Source: a virus
Lineage: Duplodnaviria > Caudoviricetes
DNA: 37,817 nt
IMG/VR virus record: IMGVR_UViG_3300026187_000035
Coordinates: 1-37,817 of that record
Direction: 5' to 3' (one strand)
In this document: positions 16,934 to 25,846 of the stretch, piece after piece
Layout: the number at the start of each line of letters is the position of its first letter
Position numbering within the stretch: position 1 is the stretch's first letter
The notes under the pieces: model-generated
Databases searched by the model: none
What the model was told of the DNA's origin: nothing
The model's input: the letters and a program-made list of their open reading frames with translations, nothing else
Position numbers and translations under genes: made by a program

Positions 16934-17294
16934 AAATCCTGGTTTAAAAGACAGAGATAAGACTACAATTATAGAAATACATAGAACAAAGACTGGACCA
17001 AATGAACATATATCCAGACACGATATTCATAAACAAGAATTAGAAGCAGGTAACTTAGGAATAGGTTATCACTTTGTAATAAAACTTGATGGCACAATCG
17101 AAAAAGGAAGAGATATTCATAAAGTTGGAATAGGCAATCCTGAATCAATTTCTGTTTGTGTTGTCGGTGGAATGAGTAATACTGGTCAATTAGAATTACC
17201 GTTCTTTAACAATCAACAACAAGACGCTGTAGATAAAGTAAAAGCGTTTGTTAAGAAAAACTACAACATAGGAGAGACAAAAATAATAAAATGA
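16923..17294 (+). CDS. T7 lysozyme (gp3.5)-like protein lacking C-terminal zinc ligands
   Basis: GIGYHFVIKLDGTIEKGR and ISVCVVGG are retained; the protein ends before the GH and CP motifs. Confidence 0.8.
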   Translation: MLNKNPGLKDRDKTTIIEIHRTKTGPNEHISRHDIHKQELEAGNLGIGYHFVIKLDGTIEKGRDIHKVGIGNPESISVCVVGGMSNTGQLELPFFNNQQQDAVDKVKAFVKKNYNIGETKIIK

Positions 17295-17836
17295 TTATTG
17301 TACTAGAAGGACCTGATTGTTCTGGCAAAACAACTTTAGGCCAAGCTTTGCATAAAGAGTTTAATGGAAAGTTTAAATATATACATAATAGTTTAGATCG
17401 TGGTCAGTTAGTGTGGCGTAACGAAGACGGTAAAATTATAAAAAAATATAAAGATCTTTATCATTCACATATTGATTCATTAAGATTGCACAAGAACGCT
17501 ATTGTAGATCGTTTATGGCCATCTGAATTAATATACGGAAATGTGTTTAGAGGCGGTTGCCAATATAATGTTTCACAAGTCAAAAAGATTTGTGAAGAAT
17601 ACAAACCATTATATATTGGTTGTTTACCACCAAAACATTTAGTCATGAAATACTTTCAACGTAGATTAGACACTGAAGACTTTTCTAGTGTTGATTCTGT
17701 TTATGACCATTATCAAGTAATTTTTGATTTGTGTCCTGAATTTAAAATATTTGATTATGAAGAAACATCAGTAGAAAAATTTATAGAGGAGTTTAAACAT
17801 GAACATAAATCAAGTTTGGCAAGATATAGTTCGTAA
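17291..17836 (+). CDS. P-loop dNMP kinase (thymidylate-kinase-like)
   Basis: IIVLEGPDCSGKTT and IVDRLWPSELIYG. Confidence 0.85.
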   Translation: MIIVLEGPDCSGKTTLGQALHKEFNGKFKYIHNSLDRGQLVWRNEDGKIIKKYKDLYHSHIDSLRLHKNAIVDRLWPSELIYGNVFRGGCQYNVSQVKKICEEYKPLYIGCLPPKHLVMKYFQRRLDTEDFSSVDSVYDHYQVIFDLCPEFKIFDYEETSVEKFIEEFKHEHKSSLARYSS

Positions 17837-18557
17837 TATTCTTAAACAAGATATTATACGATTACCAAGAGGTATGGTTACTAAAGAAATACTTAACTAT
17901 AATTCTACTATTGATATGAACTTTCCATTTTTAAATATATGGCAAAGAGAAATTGGTACAGCATTTAGATACGCAGAAGCTGCGTGGATATTATCAGGAG
18001 ACAATAGAGTTAGTACTATTTCACCTTATAGCAAAATGATTCCAGAATTTAGTGACGACAATGTAAGATTCTATGGAAGTTACGGACCAAAAATTGTAGA
18101 TCAAATAAGTTATGTAATAGACACATTAGCCAAAGACGATTATTCAAGACAAGCAGTAATTAATATATGGAGAGAAAAGCCAGGTCCTAGTAAAGACATT
18201 CCGTGTACTTGTAGTTTACAATTTATATTACGAGATGATAAATTAAATTGTATTGCGACAATGAGATCAAGCGATGCTTGGTTAGGTTGGCCTTATGATG
18301 CTTTTAATTTTACTTGTATCTCAATCTATATATTATTACAATTAATGCACCAACATAAAAAAACTTATAAATTAGGTAACTTAAGTATTAATGCTGGATC
18401 GCAACACTTGTACGAACGTAATTGGGAAAAAGCAAAATTATGTTTAGATAATTTATCTCCATCAATTGGCGAGATACCTTATTGGATGTTTAACAATGGT
18501 CAAGAATTTATAGATTACTTATGGGAACAAGCACATGGCCAACTTCACACAGCATGA
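17799..18557 (+). CDS. Thymidylate-synthase-fold enzyme, probable dCMP hydroxymethyl/methyl-transferase
   Basis: AE..WILSG, RQAVI, DIPCT (catalytic Cys), MRSSDAWLGWPYD (Asp at the E. coli ThyA Asn177 position), GSQHLYE. Confidence 0.85.
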   Translation: MNINQVWQDIVRNILKQDIIRLPRGMVTKEILNYNSTIDMNFPFLNIWQREIGTAFRYAEAAWILSGDNRVSTISPYSKMIPEFSDDNVRFYGSYGPKIVDQISYVIDTLAKDDYSRQAVINIWREKPGPSKDIPCTCSLQFILRDDKLNCIATMRSSDAWLGWPYDAFNFTCISIYILLQLMHQHKKTYKLGNLSINAGSQHLYERNWEKAKLCLDNLSPSIGEIPYWMFNNGQEFIDYLWEQAHGQLHTA

Positions 18558-20070
18558 ACCTTGTCCTAATTGTGATTCGAAAGACAATTTAGCAAGATAT
18601 GATGATGATTCTGCGTATTGTTTCGGTTGTAAATATTTTGAAAATGGAGGGAAAGAAGTAATGCAGACAGGCACTATCATAGGCGAGTTTAAAAAATTAA
18701 ATGCTAGAAAAATAACAGAAGAAACCTGCAGAAAATTTAATTATAGAGTTGGTACTGTTGATGGCAAACAATGTCATATAATGGATTATGGTTCTGCTAC
18801 AAAGTTTAGATTTAAAGACAAATCATTTACATGGAAAGGCGACACTAAATTAAGTAAACTATTTGGTGAAAAATTATTTAAAAGTTCTGGTAAAAGAATT
18901 GTTATTACTGAAGGCGAGATTGATGCTTTAACTATATCACAAGTTTTTGGAAATAAATGGCCAGTTGTTTCAATAAAAAATGGTGCGGCTGGTGCAGAAA
19001 AAGATTTAAAAAATAGTTTAGACTTTTTGCATAAATACGAAGATGTAGTTATATGTTTTGATCAAGATACACCTGGAAAAGAAGCAGCAAAAAAATGTGC
19101 TGAATTATTTACACCAGGTCAAGCAAGAATAGTTAGTTTGCAATTAAAAGATGCTAATGAAATGTTGTTACAAAATAAAGTGCAAGAATTAATTAGTTCA
19201 ATTTATGATGCACAAGTATATAGGCCAGATGGTATTATAGATGGTAGTACATTATATAAAGAAATATCTACTAAAAATGTAAATGAGTTTGTGCCATATC
19301 ATTTTAAACAATTAAATTTAAAAACACATGGACTAAGAAAAGGCGAATTAGTAACTATAACTGCTGGAAGTGGTATTGGTAAATCTCTTATATGTAAAGA
19401 AATAGCTTTTGATTTAATTACAAATCATAAGAAAAAAATTGGTTATATTGCTTTAGAAGAATCAGTAAAAAAAACTGCATTAGGTTTATTATCAATTGAT
19501 TTAGATACACCATTACATATAGATAGCTCTGTTAAAGAAGACAAATTAAAACAAAGTTTTGATAAAGTATTATCAGATGGTAATGTTTTATTTTATGATC
19601 ATTTTGGATCTTTAGATTCTGATAATTTAATAAGTAGAATTAGGTACTTAGCAAAAGGCTGTGCTTGTGATTATATTATATTAGATCATATAAGTATTGT
19701 TGTATCAGGTTTAGAAGGTGGTGATGAACGTCGTGCAATTGATAACGCAATGACAAGACTTAGATCGTTAGTAGAAGAAACAGGAATTGGATTAATATTA
19801 GTTTCGCATTTAAAAAGACCAGCAGATAAAGGCCACGAAGAAGGAGCACATACATCTTTGTCACAATTAAGAGGATCTGCAGGTATAGGTCAATTATCCG
19901 ATATAGTAATTGGATTAGAACGTAACCAACAAAGTGCGAAAAATGCAAATTTAACAACACTTCGTATTTTAAAGAATCGTTTCAGTGGAGAGACTGGGGT
20001 GTGCGGCCAGCTAATTTATAACTCTGTCACAGGAAGATTAATTGAATATGATAAAAGTACTGAAACATGA
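18535..20070 (+). CDS. Primase-helicase (T7 gp4-like)
   Basis: CPNC...CFGC zinc finger, TEGEIDAL, FDQD, KDANE, AGSGIGKS, LDHISI, LRGS, KNRFSGETG. Confidence 0.97.
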   Translation: MANFTQHEPCPNCDSKDNLARYDDDSAYCFGCKYFENGGKEVMQTGTIIGEFKKLNARKITEETCRKFNYRVGTVDGKQCHIMDYGSATKFRFKDKSFTWKGDTKLSKLFGEKLFKSSGKRIVITEGEIDALTISQVFGNKWPVVSIKNGAAGAEKDLKNSLDFLHKYEDVVICFDQDTPGKEAAKKCAELFTPGQARIVSLQLKDANEMLLQNKVQELISSIYDAQVYRPDGIIDGSTLYKEISTKNVNEFVPYHFKQLNLKTHGLRKGELVTITAGSGIGKSLICKEIAFDLITNHKKKIGYIALEESVKKTALGLLSIDLDTPLHIDSSVKEDKLKQSFDKVLSDGNVLFYDHFGSLDSDNLISRIRYLAKGCACDYIILDHISIVVSGLEGGDERRAIDNAMTRLRSLVEETGIGLILVSHLKRPADKGHEEGAHTSLSQLRGSAGIGQLSDIVIGLERNQQSAKNANLTTLRILKNRFSGETGVCGQLIYNSVTGRLIEYDKSTET

Positions 20071-20254
20071 ATATGATTTGTATTTAACAAATGAATTAAT
20101 GAAAGCAATAGAGCGTTTAAAAAAGAAAGGCAATTCTAAAGTTCATGTACATAACAAAATTGATGCGGTAAGAATGTTGTCAATGATTGATGAACTTTCT
20201 TGGGATTACCCAGAAGCAATGTTTATAGAAGTAGAATTATGTCGAATACATTAA
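20048..20254 (+). CDS. Hypothetical protein
   Basis: ORF track; overlaps the end of the helicase gene. Confidence 0.65.
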   Translation: MIKVLKHEYDLYLTNELMKAIERLKKKGNSKVHVHNKIDAVRMLSMIDELSWDYPEAMFIEVELCRIH

Positions 20255-20466
20255 AAGTACCAACAAGAAGAGAAACAACAACCATAGAAGTGGGGCCGTT
20301 TACGGTTTCTATATCTTTTGTTCCATATAAAGATGTTCAAGTCCCGGTAGAAGTATTCTTTTTAAAAAGAGGGAACAAAGCTGGCGAGACAGAACTAGAT
20401 AAACATTTATACGAACTAGGAACTAAAATTTCTAAGGAAATGCAAGGAAAAATAAATGACAAATAA
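20239..20466 (+). CDS. Small protein resembling the C-terminal (TSCPD-like) region of class II ribonucleotide reductases
   Basis: PTRR.T....F.VS......PVEVF....K.G..LD.......IS..Q pattern; weak assignment. Confidence 0.45.
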   Translation: MSNTLKVPTRRETTTIEVGPFTVSISFVPYKDVQVPVEVFFLKRGNKAGETELDKHLYELGTKISKEMQGKINDK

Positions 20467-22201
20467 ATATTGTTTTGATGTGGAAACGGATGGATTATTA
20501 GATTCGGTTAGTAAAATACATTGTGTTGTATTTAAAGACATCGATTCAAAAAAAGTTTTTAAATACGGACCAGATAAATTAAATGACGCAATAGATAGAT
20601 TAAAAAATGCTGAATTATTAATTGGCCACAATATTATTGCATACGATATACCAGTAATAAAAAAATTATTTAAGTTTAAACCTAAAGCAAAAATCTTTGA
20701 CACTTTAGTTGCTACTAGATTAATATGGGCTGATATAAAAGATAAAGATTTTAAAATGATTAATGCTGGATTTCCTACAAAATTAATTGGTAGACATAGT
20801 TTAAAAGCATGGGGGTACAGAATTGGAGAATATAAAGAACAAATAGATACAGATTGGCAAGAATACAATGAAACAATGTTAGAGTATTGCGCGCAAGACG
20901 TTGAAGTTACTTATAAATTATACGATAAAATTATAAAGCAAAACTATTCACAACAATCATTAGATTTAGAACATAATATACAAACGCTTTGTTTTGAAAT
21001 GTCGTCTAATGGTATTGCTTTTGACAAAGATAAAGCTCAAACATTATATTCTAAGTTTTGTCAAAGAAGAACTGAATTAGAAAATGAATTACAAATTGTG
21101 TTTCCTCCCTGGACAGTCAGCACACCATTTATTCCTAAGGTAAATAATAAATCTAAGGGTTATATAAAAGGTGTGCTGACTGCTAAAGTTAAAGAAATAG
21201 TTTTTAATCCTGGTTCAAGAGACCATATTACAAATAGATTAATAACAACAAGAGGTTGGAAACCTAAAAGTTTTACACCGGATGGTAAGCCAAAAATGGA
21301 TGAAGAAATTTTAAATGACTTAAAATATCCTGAGGCAAAATTATTATCTGAATATTTTATGATACAAAAAAGAATTGGTATGTTAGCAGAAGGAAAACAA
21401 GCATGGCTAAAACAAGAAAAGAATGGAAGAATTCACGGAAGTATAAATCCAAATGGTGCCGTTACTGGAAGAGCAACACATTCAAATCCAAACTTGGCAC
21501 AAGTACCAGCTTTTTATACGCCTTTTGGAAAAGAATGCAGAGAATTATTTTGTTCGCCAAAAAATAAAATATTAATTGGTATTGACGTATCAGGTTTAGA
21601 ATTACGTATGTTAGCTCATTATATGGCTAGATACGATAACGGCGAATATGCAGACATTGTAGTTAATGGTGACATACACACACACAACCAAAAAGCAGCA
21701 GGTATAGAAACACGAGATTTAGCAAAAAGATTTATTTATTCTTTTCTATACGGAGCTGGCGCAGCAAAGATTGGTCAAGTAGTTGGTGGAAATATAAGAG
21801 ATGGCTCTAAATTAAAAAAGAAATTTTTAGAACAGATGCCAGCATTAGATCAATTAATCCAACACGTGCAAACAAAAGCCGAACGAGGATATTTAGTTGG
21901 ATTAGATAAAAGAAAAATAACAGTGAGATCCTCGTACGCATCACTCAATACGTTACTACAAGGAGCGGGTGCAATCGTATGTAAAGAATGGATATGTAAG
22001 CTTGGTTCTATTTTTGATGGAGAGACAAAACTGGTAGCTTGGGTTCATGATGAAATAATCATAGAAACAACAAAGGAAAAATCAGAATATGTCGCAGAAA
22101 AAGCAGTTGATGCAATTAGACTTGCTGGTGAAAGCTTGCAACTCCGAGTTAAACTCACAGGAGACGCAAGAACTGGAACAGATTGGTCAACAATTCATTA
22201 A
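20456..22201 (+). CDS. DNA polymerase family A (T7 gp5-like)
   Basis: FDVETDG exonuclease, GHNII.YD, DVSGLELR, AKRFIYSFLYGAG (Tyr as in T7 Y526), WVHDE. Confidence 0.98.
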   Translation: MTNKYCFDVETDGLLDSVSKIHCVVFKDIDSKKVFKYGPDKLNDAIDRLKNAELLIGHNIIAYDIPVIKKLFKFKPKAKIFDTLVATRLIWADIKDKDFKMINAGFPTKLIGRHSLKAWGYRIGEYKEQIDTDWQEYNETMLEYCAQDVEVTYKLYDKIIKQNYSQQSLDLEHNIQTLCFEMSSNGIAFDKDKAQTLYSKFCQRRTELENELQIVFPPWTVSTPFIPKVNNKSKGYIKGVLTAKVKEIVFNPGSRDHITNRLITTRGWKPKSFTPDGKPKMDEEILNDLKYPEAKLLSEYFMIQKRIGMLAEGKQAWLKQEKNGRIHGSINPNGAVTGRATHSNPNLAQVPAFYTPFGKECRELFCSPKNKILIGIDVSGLELRMLAHYMARYDNGEYADIVVNGDIHTHNQKAAGIETRDLAKRFIYSFLYGAGAAKIGQVVGGNIRDGSKLKKKFLEQMPALDQLIQHVQTKAERGYLVGLDKRKITVRSSYASLNTLLQGAGAIVCKEWICKLGSIFDGETKLVAWVHDEIIIETTKEKSEYVAEKAVDAIRLAGESLQLRVKLTGDARTGTDWSTIH

Positions 22202-22571
22202 AGAAAAATTAAGAAAAAGAATATATAAATTAAAACAAAGAGCTAAAATAAAAAATCTACCTTTTGATTTAACATCAGATTATTTGTTAGATATTTTTCC
22301 TAAAGATTTTAAATGTCCCGCTTTAGGAACAAGATTCAATTGGTTTGGTGATCGATCAAACTTACCAACCATTGATAGAGTAATTCCTGAAAAAGGATAC
22401 GTTATTGGTAATGTAGTATGGGTAAGTTTTATGGCAAATTTAATAATGACATATGCTCACCCAACTCAGGTTATCAAAGTCGGGCGGTTCGCAGATAAAA
22501 TATATAAAAAGTTTTATCCAGAACCATACACTAATGCAAACAACACAGGAGAAGATGATGCAGACAAGTGA
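22089..22571 (+). CDS. Putative HNH/His-Me-finger-like endonuclease
   Basis: KQRAK..NLPFDL...CPALG...PTIDRVIPEKGYVIGNVVWVSFMAN; start uncertain, overlaps the end of the polymerase gene. Confidence 0.65.
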   Translation: MSQKKQLMQLDLLVKACNSELNSQETQELEQIGQQFIKEKLRKRIYKLKQRAKIKNLPFDLTSDYLLDIFPKDFKCPALGTRFNWFGDRSNLPTIDRVIPEKGYVIGNVVWVSFMANLIMTYAHPTQVIKVGRFADKIYKKFYPEPYTNANNTGEDDADK

Positions 22572-23364
22572 AACAACAAACGCTGGTACACCAATAGAAG
22601 TGCCAGTAAACAAACCATCTAGAACTTTGTTAATAGATGGAGATATAACGCTATATCAAATAGCTTCCAAAGTCGAAGTCGCGACTGATTGGGGAGAAGG
22701 AATGTGGACATTACATTCTGACTTAAAACAAGGTATACCAGCATTTGATACACAAATAGAAAAGTATATTGAAGACCTAGAAGCAGATAGTGTTAAAATA
22801 TGTTTAACTGGAAGAGCTAACTTTAGAAAAGATCTATTTCCAGAATATAAACTTAATAGAGTAGCAAAAAGAAAGCCATTAATATTACAAGCTTTAAGAG
22901 AGTATGTACAAGGCAAATATGATTGTCTTTGTGAAAATGCTTTAGAAGCTGATGATATTATGGGTTTATATAGTCAACAATGTACGAACACAGACGAACG
23001 TATTATTGTTAGCATTGATAAAGATATGCGGACTATTCCTTGTAAACTATCAGTAGACGGTGAAGAAATTATAAATATATCTTCACAAGAAGCTAATTAT
23101 AATTTTGCTTTGCAATGTTTAACAGGAGATTCAACCGATAACTTTTCTGGTTGCCCTGGTGTCGGTCCAGCAAAAGCTAGACAAATACTAGAAGCAGCAG
23201 ATAACTTCTATTGGCCTGCTATTGTTAAAGCATATGAAAAAGTAGACTTGACAGAAGACGATGCAATACAACAAGCACGTATGGCATATATATTAAGACT
23301 ACCAAAAGATTATAATTTTGAAACAAAAGAGGTAAGAAAATGGACCCCGTACAAAATAGCGTAG
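22555..23364 (+). CDS. 5'-3' exonuclease (T7 gp6-like)
   Basis: LLIDGD, NFRK..FPEYK.NR, LEADD, SIDKD, GDSTDNFSGCPGVG; AGGAG RBS. Confidence 0.95.
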   Translation: MMQTSETTNAGTPIEVPVNKPSRTLLIDGDITLYQIASKVEVATDWGEGMWTLHSDLKQGIPAFDTQIEKYIEDLEADSVKICLTGRANFRKDLFPEYKLNRVAKRKPLILQALREYVQGKYDCLCENALEADDIMGLYSQQCTNTDERIIVSIDKDMRTIPCKLSVDGEEIINISSQEANYNFALQCLTGDSTDNFSGCPGVGPAKARQILEAADNFYWPAIVKAYEKVDLTEDDAIQQARMAYILRLPKDYNFETKEVRKWTPYKIA

Positions 23365-23546
23365 ATCCTAAACACTACAAAAAACATAAAATACAACCAA
23401 TTAATTTTATATTAGCGTTAGGTTTAGGCTTTTGTGAAGGCAACATTATCAAGTATATTTGTCGGTATAAAGATAAAGGCGGAAAAGAAGACTTATTGAA
23501 AGCACGTAAATATATCGACTTCCTAATTGATGGAGGTATCAAATGA
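23340..23546 (+). CDS. DUF3310 / SaV-like protein (related to the T7 gp1.7 C-terminal domain)
   Basis: P.HY...IQPI.FI...F.EGNIIKY.CR..DKGG.EDL.KA..Y. Confidence 0.85.
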   Translation: MDPVQNSVDPKHYKKHKIQPINFILALGLGFCEGNIIKYICRYKDKGGKEDLLKARKYIDFLIDGGIK

Positions 23547-23776
23547 GTAACAGATACCTCTATAGGAAAAACAATGAAAAAAGTGAAGTAAAAGATGTTG
23601 GTTTACCATCAAATATTGATGATTTAGTCACACTTTTAGATGAAACTTTTCCATTAGTTAATCCAACACCGACAGCATCAATATCGGATATACAGCGCAA
23701 AGCTGGTCAGAGAGATGTTGTCGATTGGTTATTAGAACTTAAAAATAGGAAAGACGATAATGTGCTTAGGAAGTAG
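23543..23776 (+). CDS. Conserved hypothetical protein
   Basis: GGAGG RBS; LDETFP...AGQRDVVDWL motif common upstream of the portal gene in T7-like phages. Confidence 0.75.
   Translation: MSNRYLYRKNNEKSEVKDVGLPSNIDDLVTLLDETFPLVNPTPTASISDIQRKAGQRDVVDWLLELKNRKDDNVLRK
23548..23571 (+). promoter_or_regulatory. Putative late phage RNAP promoter
   Basis: TAACAGATACCTCTATAGGAAAAA, an exact 24-bp match to 37188-37211; T7-like CTATAGG initiation region. Confidence 0.8.
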
Positions 23777-24017
23777 TAAAATTTCGGCGCCGGTACAACC
23801 GGACCCGCAGGATTTATATTACAACGGTAATGTATTTGACCCAAAGCCTAAAAGCGCTACAACAGATAATACGTCCGTTTCTACTAATAACAATAACAAC
23901 GATAATAAACCAACTACAAATCTTAGCAGTGGGCTAGGAATACCTACGGGTGTTTCAGGAAGTCAAAAGGCATCTTTTACTTCTAACGCAGCTTATAATG
24001 CTAGTATGTATACATAA
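23760..24017 (+). CDS. Small virion protein (gp6.7-like position)
   Basis: MC start, low complexity, upstream of the portal gene. Confidence 0.6.
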   Translation: MCLGSSKISAPVQPDPQDLYYNGNVFDPKPKSATTDNTSVSTNNNNNDNKPTTNLSSGLGIPTGVSGSQKASFTSNAAYNASMYT

Positions 24018-24034
24018 TAAAGGAGAAAACAAGT

Positions 24035-24259
24035 ATGTGTGGAAGTAGATCAGTTGCACCACCAGCGCCGGTTGCTCCGCCACCGATAGTTCGATCACAG
24101 CCAATGGAAGATATGGCTCCAAAGATTGAAATTGCGGGCGAAGACGGAATGGACGCATTAGGTAAGAAAATCAAAAAATCAGCAAAAGGTACTAAAGCAT
24201 TAAACACAAGTTTAGGCACAGGTTCAGTTACAGGTGCTGGTTTAGCAATCCCTCAATAA
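24035..24259 (+). CDS. Small virion/tail assembly protein (gp7.3-like position)
   Basis: MCG..PP, KGTKAL...GLAIP; AAGGAG RBS. Confidence 0.65.
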   Translation: MCGSRSVAPPAPVAPPPIVRSQPMEDMAPKIEIAGEDGMDALGKKIKKSAKGTKALNTSLGTGSVTGAGLAIPQ

Positions 24260-24269
24260 ATAAATTATC

Positions 24270-25841
24270 ATGCATTATTTAGATAAAACGGCGAAACAAC
24301 GTTATGAAGCTATGAAAGAATATCGTGAGCACTTTTTAAATCGTGGTCGTGAATGTTCTGAATTAACTTTACCTGCGTTATTACCCGATGATGGTGTTAA
24401 TCATACGTCAGACTTATATACACCTTATCAATCTGTTGGTGCAAGAGGCGTCAACAATTTAGCATCTAAATTATTATTATTATTGTTACCACCAAACCAA
24501 CCATTCTTTAGATTAAATGTAGGTGGAAAAACTAAAGACGAAATGGATCAAACTCCAGAAGTAAGAACTGAAATAGAAAAATCTTTAGCTAAAATAGAAC
24601 GAGAAGTAATGTCGGAAATTGAACAATTAGCAATTAGAGTTCCGGTATTCGAAGCATTAAAACACTTAATTGTAACAGGTAATACACTTGTGTATATGCC
24701 TAAGAAAACTACAATGAGAGTATTTCCAATTTCACAATATGTTTGTCGTAGAGATCCTGAGGGAAATTTATTAGAACTTGTTGTAAAAGAAACTGTGTCT
24801 CCTTTAACATTCGATGAAGAAACAATGAAAGAAGTTTTGAAAAATGTTGATGATCCGCAGTCAACAGACGAAATCGATTTGTATACTAAGGTATGTTTAA
24901 TCGGCAAAGACAAATATTATGTTTGTCAAGAAGCAAACGAATATAAATTACCTGAATCAGAAGGTTATTATAATAAAGATAATATGCCATGGCAAGTGTT
25001 GCGTATGGTAAGACAAGACAATGAAGACTACGGTCGAGGTTACGTTGAAGAGTATTTAGGAGATTTAAAATCTTTAGAAGGTTTAAGTCAAGCGTTGGTA
25101 GAATCAGCTGCAGCATCAAGTAAAGTTGTATTTATGGTTAGACCAAATTCTTCAACAAAGAAAATAGAATTATCTAGAGCAAGTAATGGAGATATTATTA
25201 CAGGATCAAGAGATGATGTTTCTACGTTACAAGTAGAAAAACAATATGACTTAAGAGTCGTATCGGAAGCAATACAACGTTTTGAGGAACGAATGTCATA
25301 CGCCTTTCTTTTAAATTCTGCAGTACAAAGAGACGCAGATAGAGTTACAGCAGAAGAAATTAGATATATGGCAAATGAATTAGAAACTGCCTTAGGTGGT
25401 GTTTATTCATTGTTATCACAAGAATTCCAATTACCTTTAGTTAGAATATTAATGGAACGAATGTCAGCAAAAGGCACAATTCCAAAGTTACCAAAAGGAA
25501 CTGTAAGACCTACTATCATAACAGGTGTTGAGGCACTTGGGCGTGGGAATGACTTACAAAAATTAAGAGAATTCACGGCAGAAATAGGAAGCATCGCTAA
25601 GATGAATCCTGAAGTAGTACAAATGTTAAATTTAACAGATTTAATTAAGCGTATTGCGACAGGTCATGGTATTGATACTGAAGGACTTATTAAGTCAGAA
25701 GATCAATTAGCAGCGGAGCAACAAGCAGCACAAGAGCAAGCGGCAAACCAACAAATTAATGATACTATGCAACAGGCGGCGCCTGGTGTAGCTGGTAAAA
25801 TGGTTGACGCTGCTATGCAACAACAACAAACTCAGGAGTAA
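24270..25841 (+). CDS. Portal / head-tail connector (T7 gp8-like)
   Basis: QSVGARGVNNLASKL, YGRGYVEE, RVTAEEIR, LGGVYSLLSQEFQLP, ALGRG. Confidence 0.97.
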   Translation: MHYLDKTAKQRYEAMKEYREHFLNRGRECSELTLPALLPDDGVNHTSDLYTPYQSVGARGVNNLASKLLLLLLPPNQPFFRLNVGGKTKDEMDQTPEVRTEIEKSLAKIEREVMSEIEQLAIRVPVFEALKHLIVTGNTLVYMPKKTTMRVFPISQYVCRRDPEGNLLELVVKETVSPLTFDEETMKEVLKNVDDPQSTDEIDLYTKVCLIGKDKYYVCQEANEYKLPESEGYYNKDNMPWQVLRMVRQDNEDYGRGYVEEYLGDLKSLEGLSQALVESAAASSKVVFMVRPNSSTKKIELSRASNGDIITGSRDDVSTLQVEKQYDLRVVSEAIQRFEERMSYAFLLNSAVQRDADRVTAEEIRYMANELETALGGVYSLLSQEFQLPLVRILMERMSAKGTIPKLPKGTVRPTIITGVEALGRGNDLQKLREFTAEIGSIAKMNPEVVQMLNLTDLIKRIATGHGIDTEGLIKSEDQLAAEQQAAQEQAANQQINDTMQQAAPGVAGKMVDAAMQQQQTQE

Positions 25842-25846
25842 TACAA

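Noticed and set aside
17799-18557. Annotation as ordinary thyA or as dUMP hydroxymethylase (5hmU pathway)
   Set aside because: The specificity residue is Asp, not Asn, and no dCMP deaminase is visible. Not fully excluded without an assay.
23880-23915. AAC/AAT trinucleotide run
   Set aside because: It is a poly-Asn low-complexity stretch within a coding region, not a separate repeat element.
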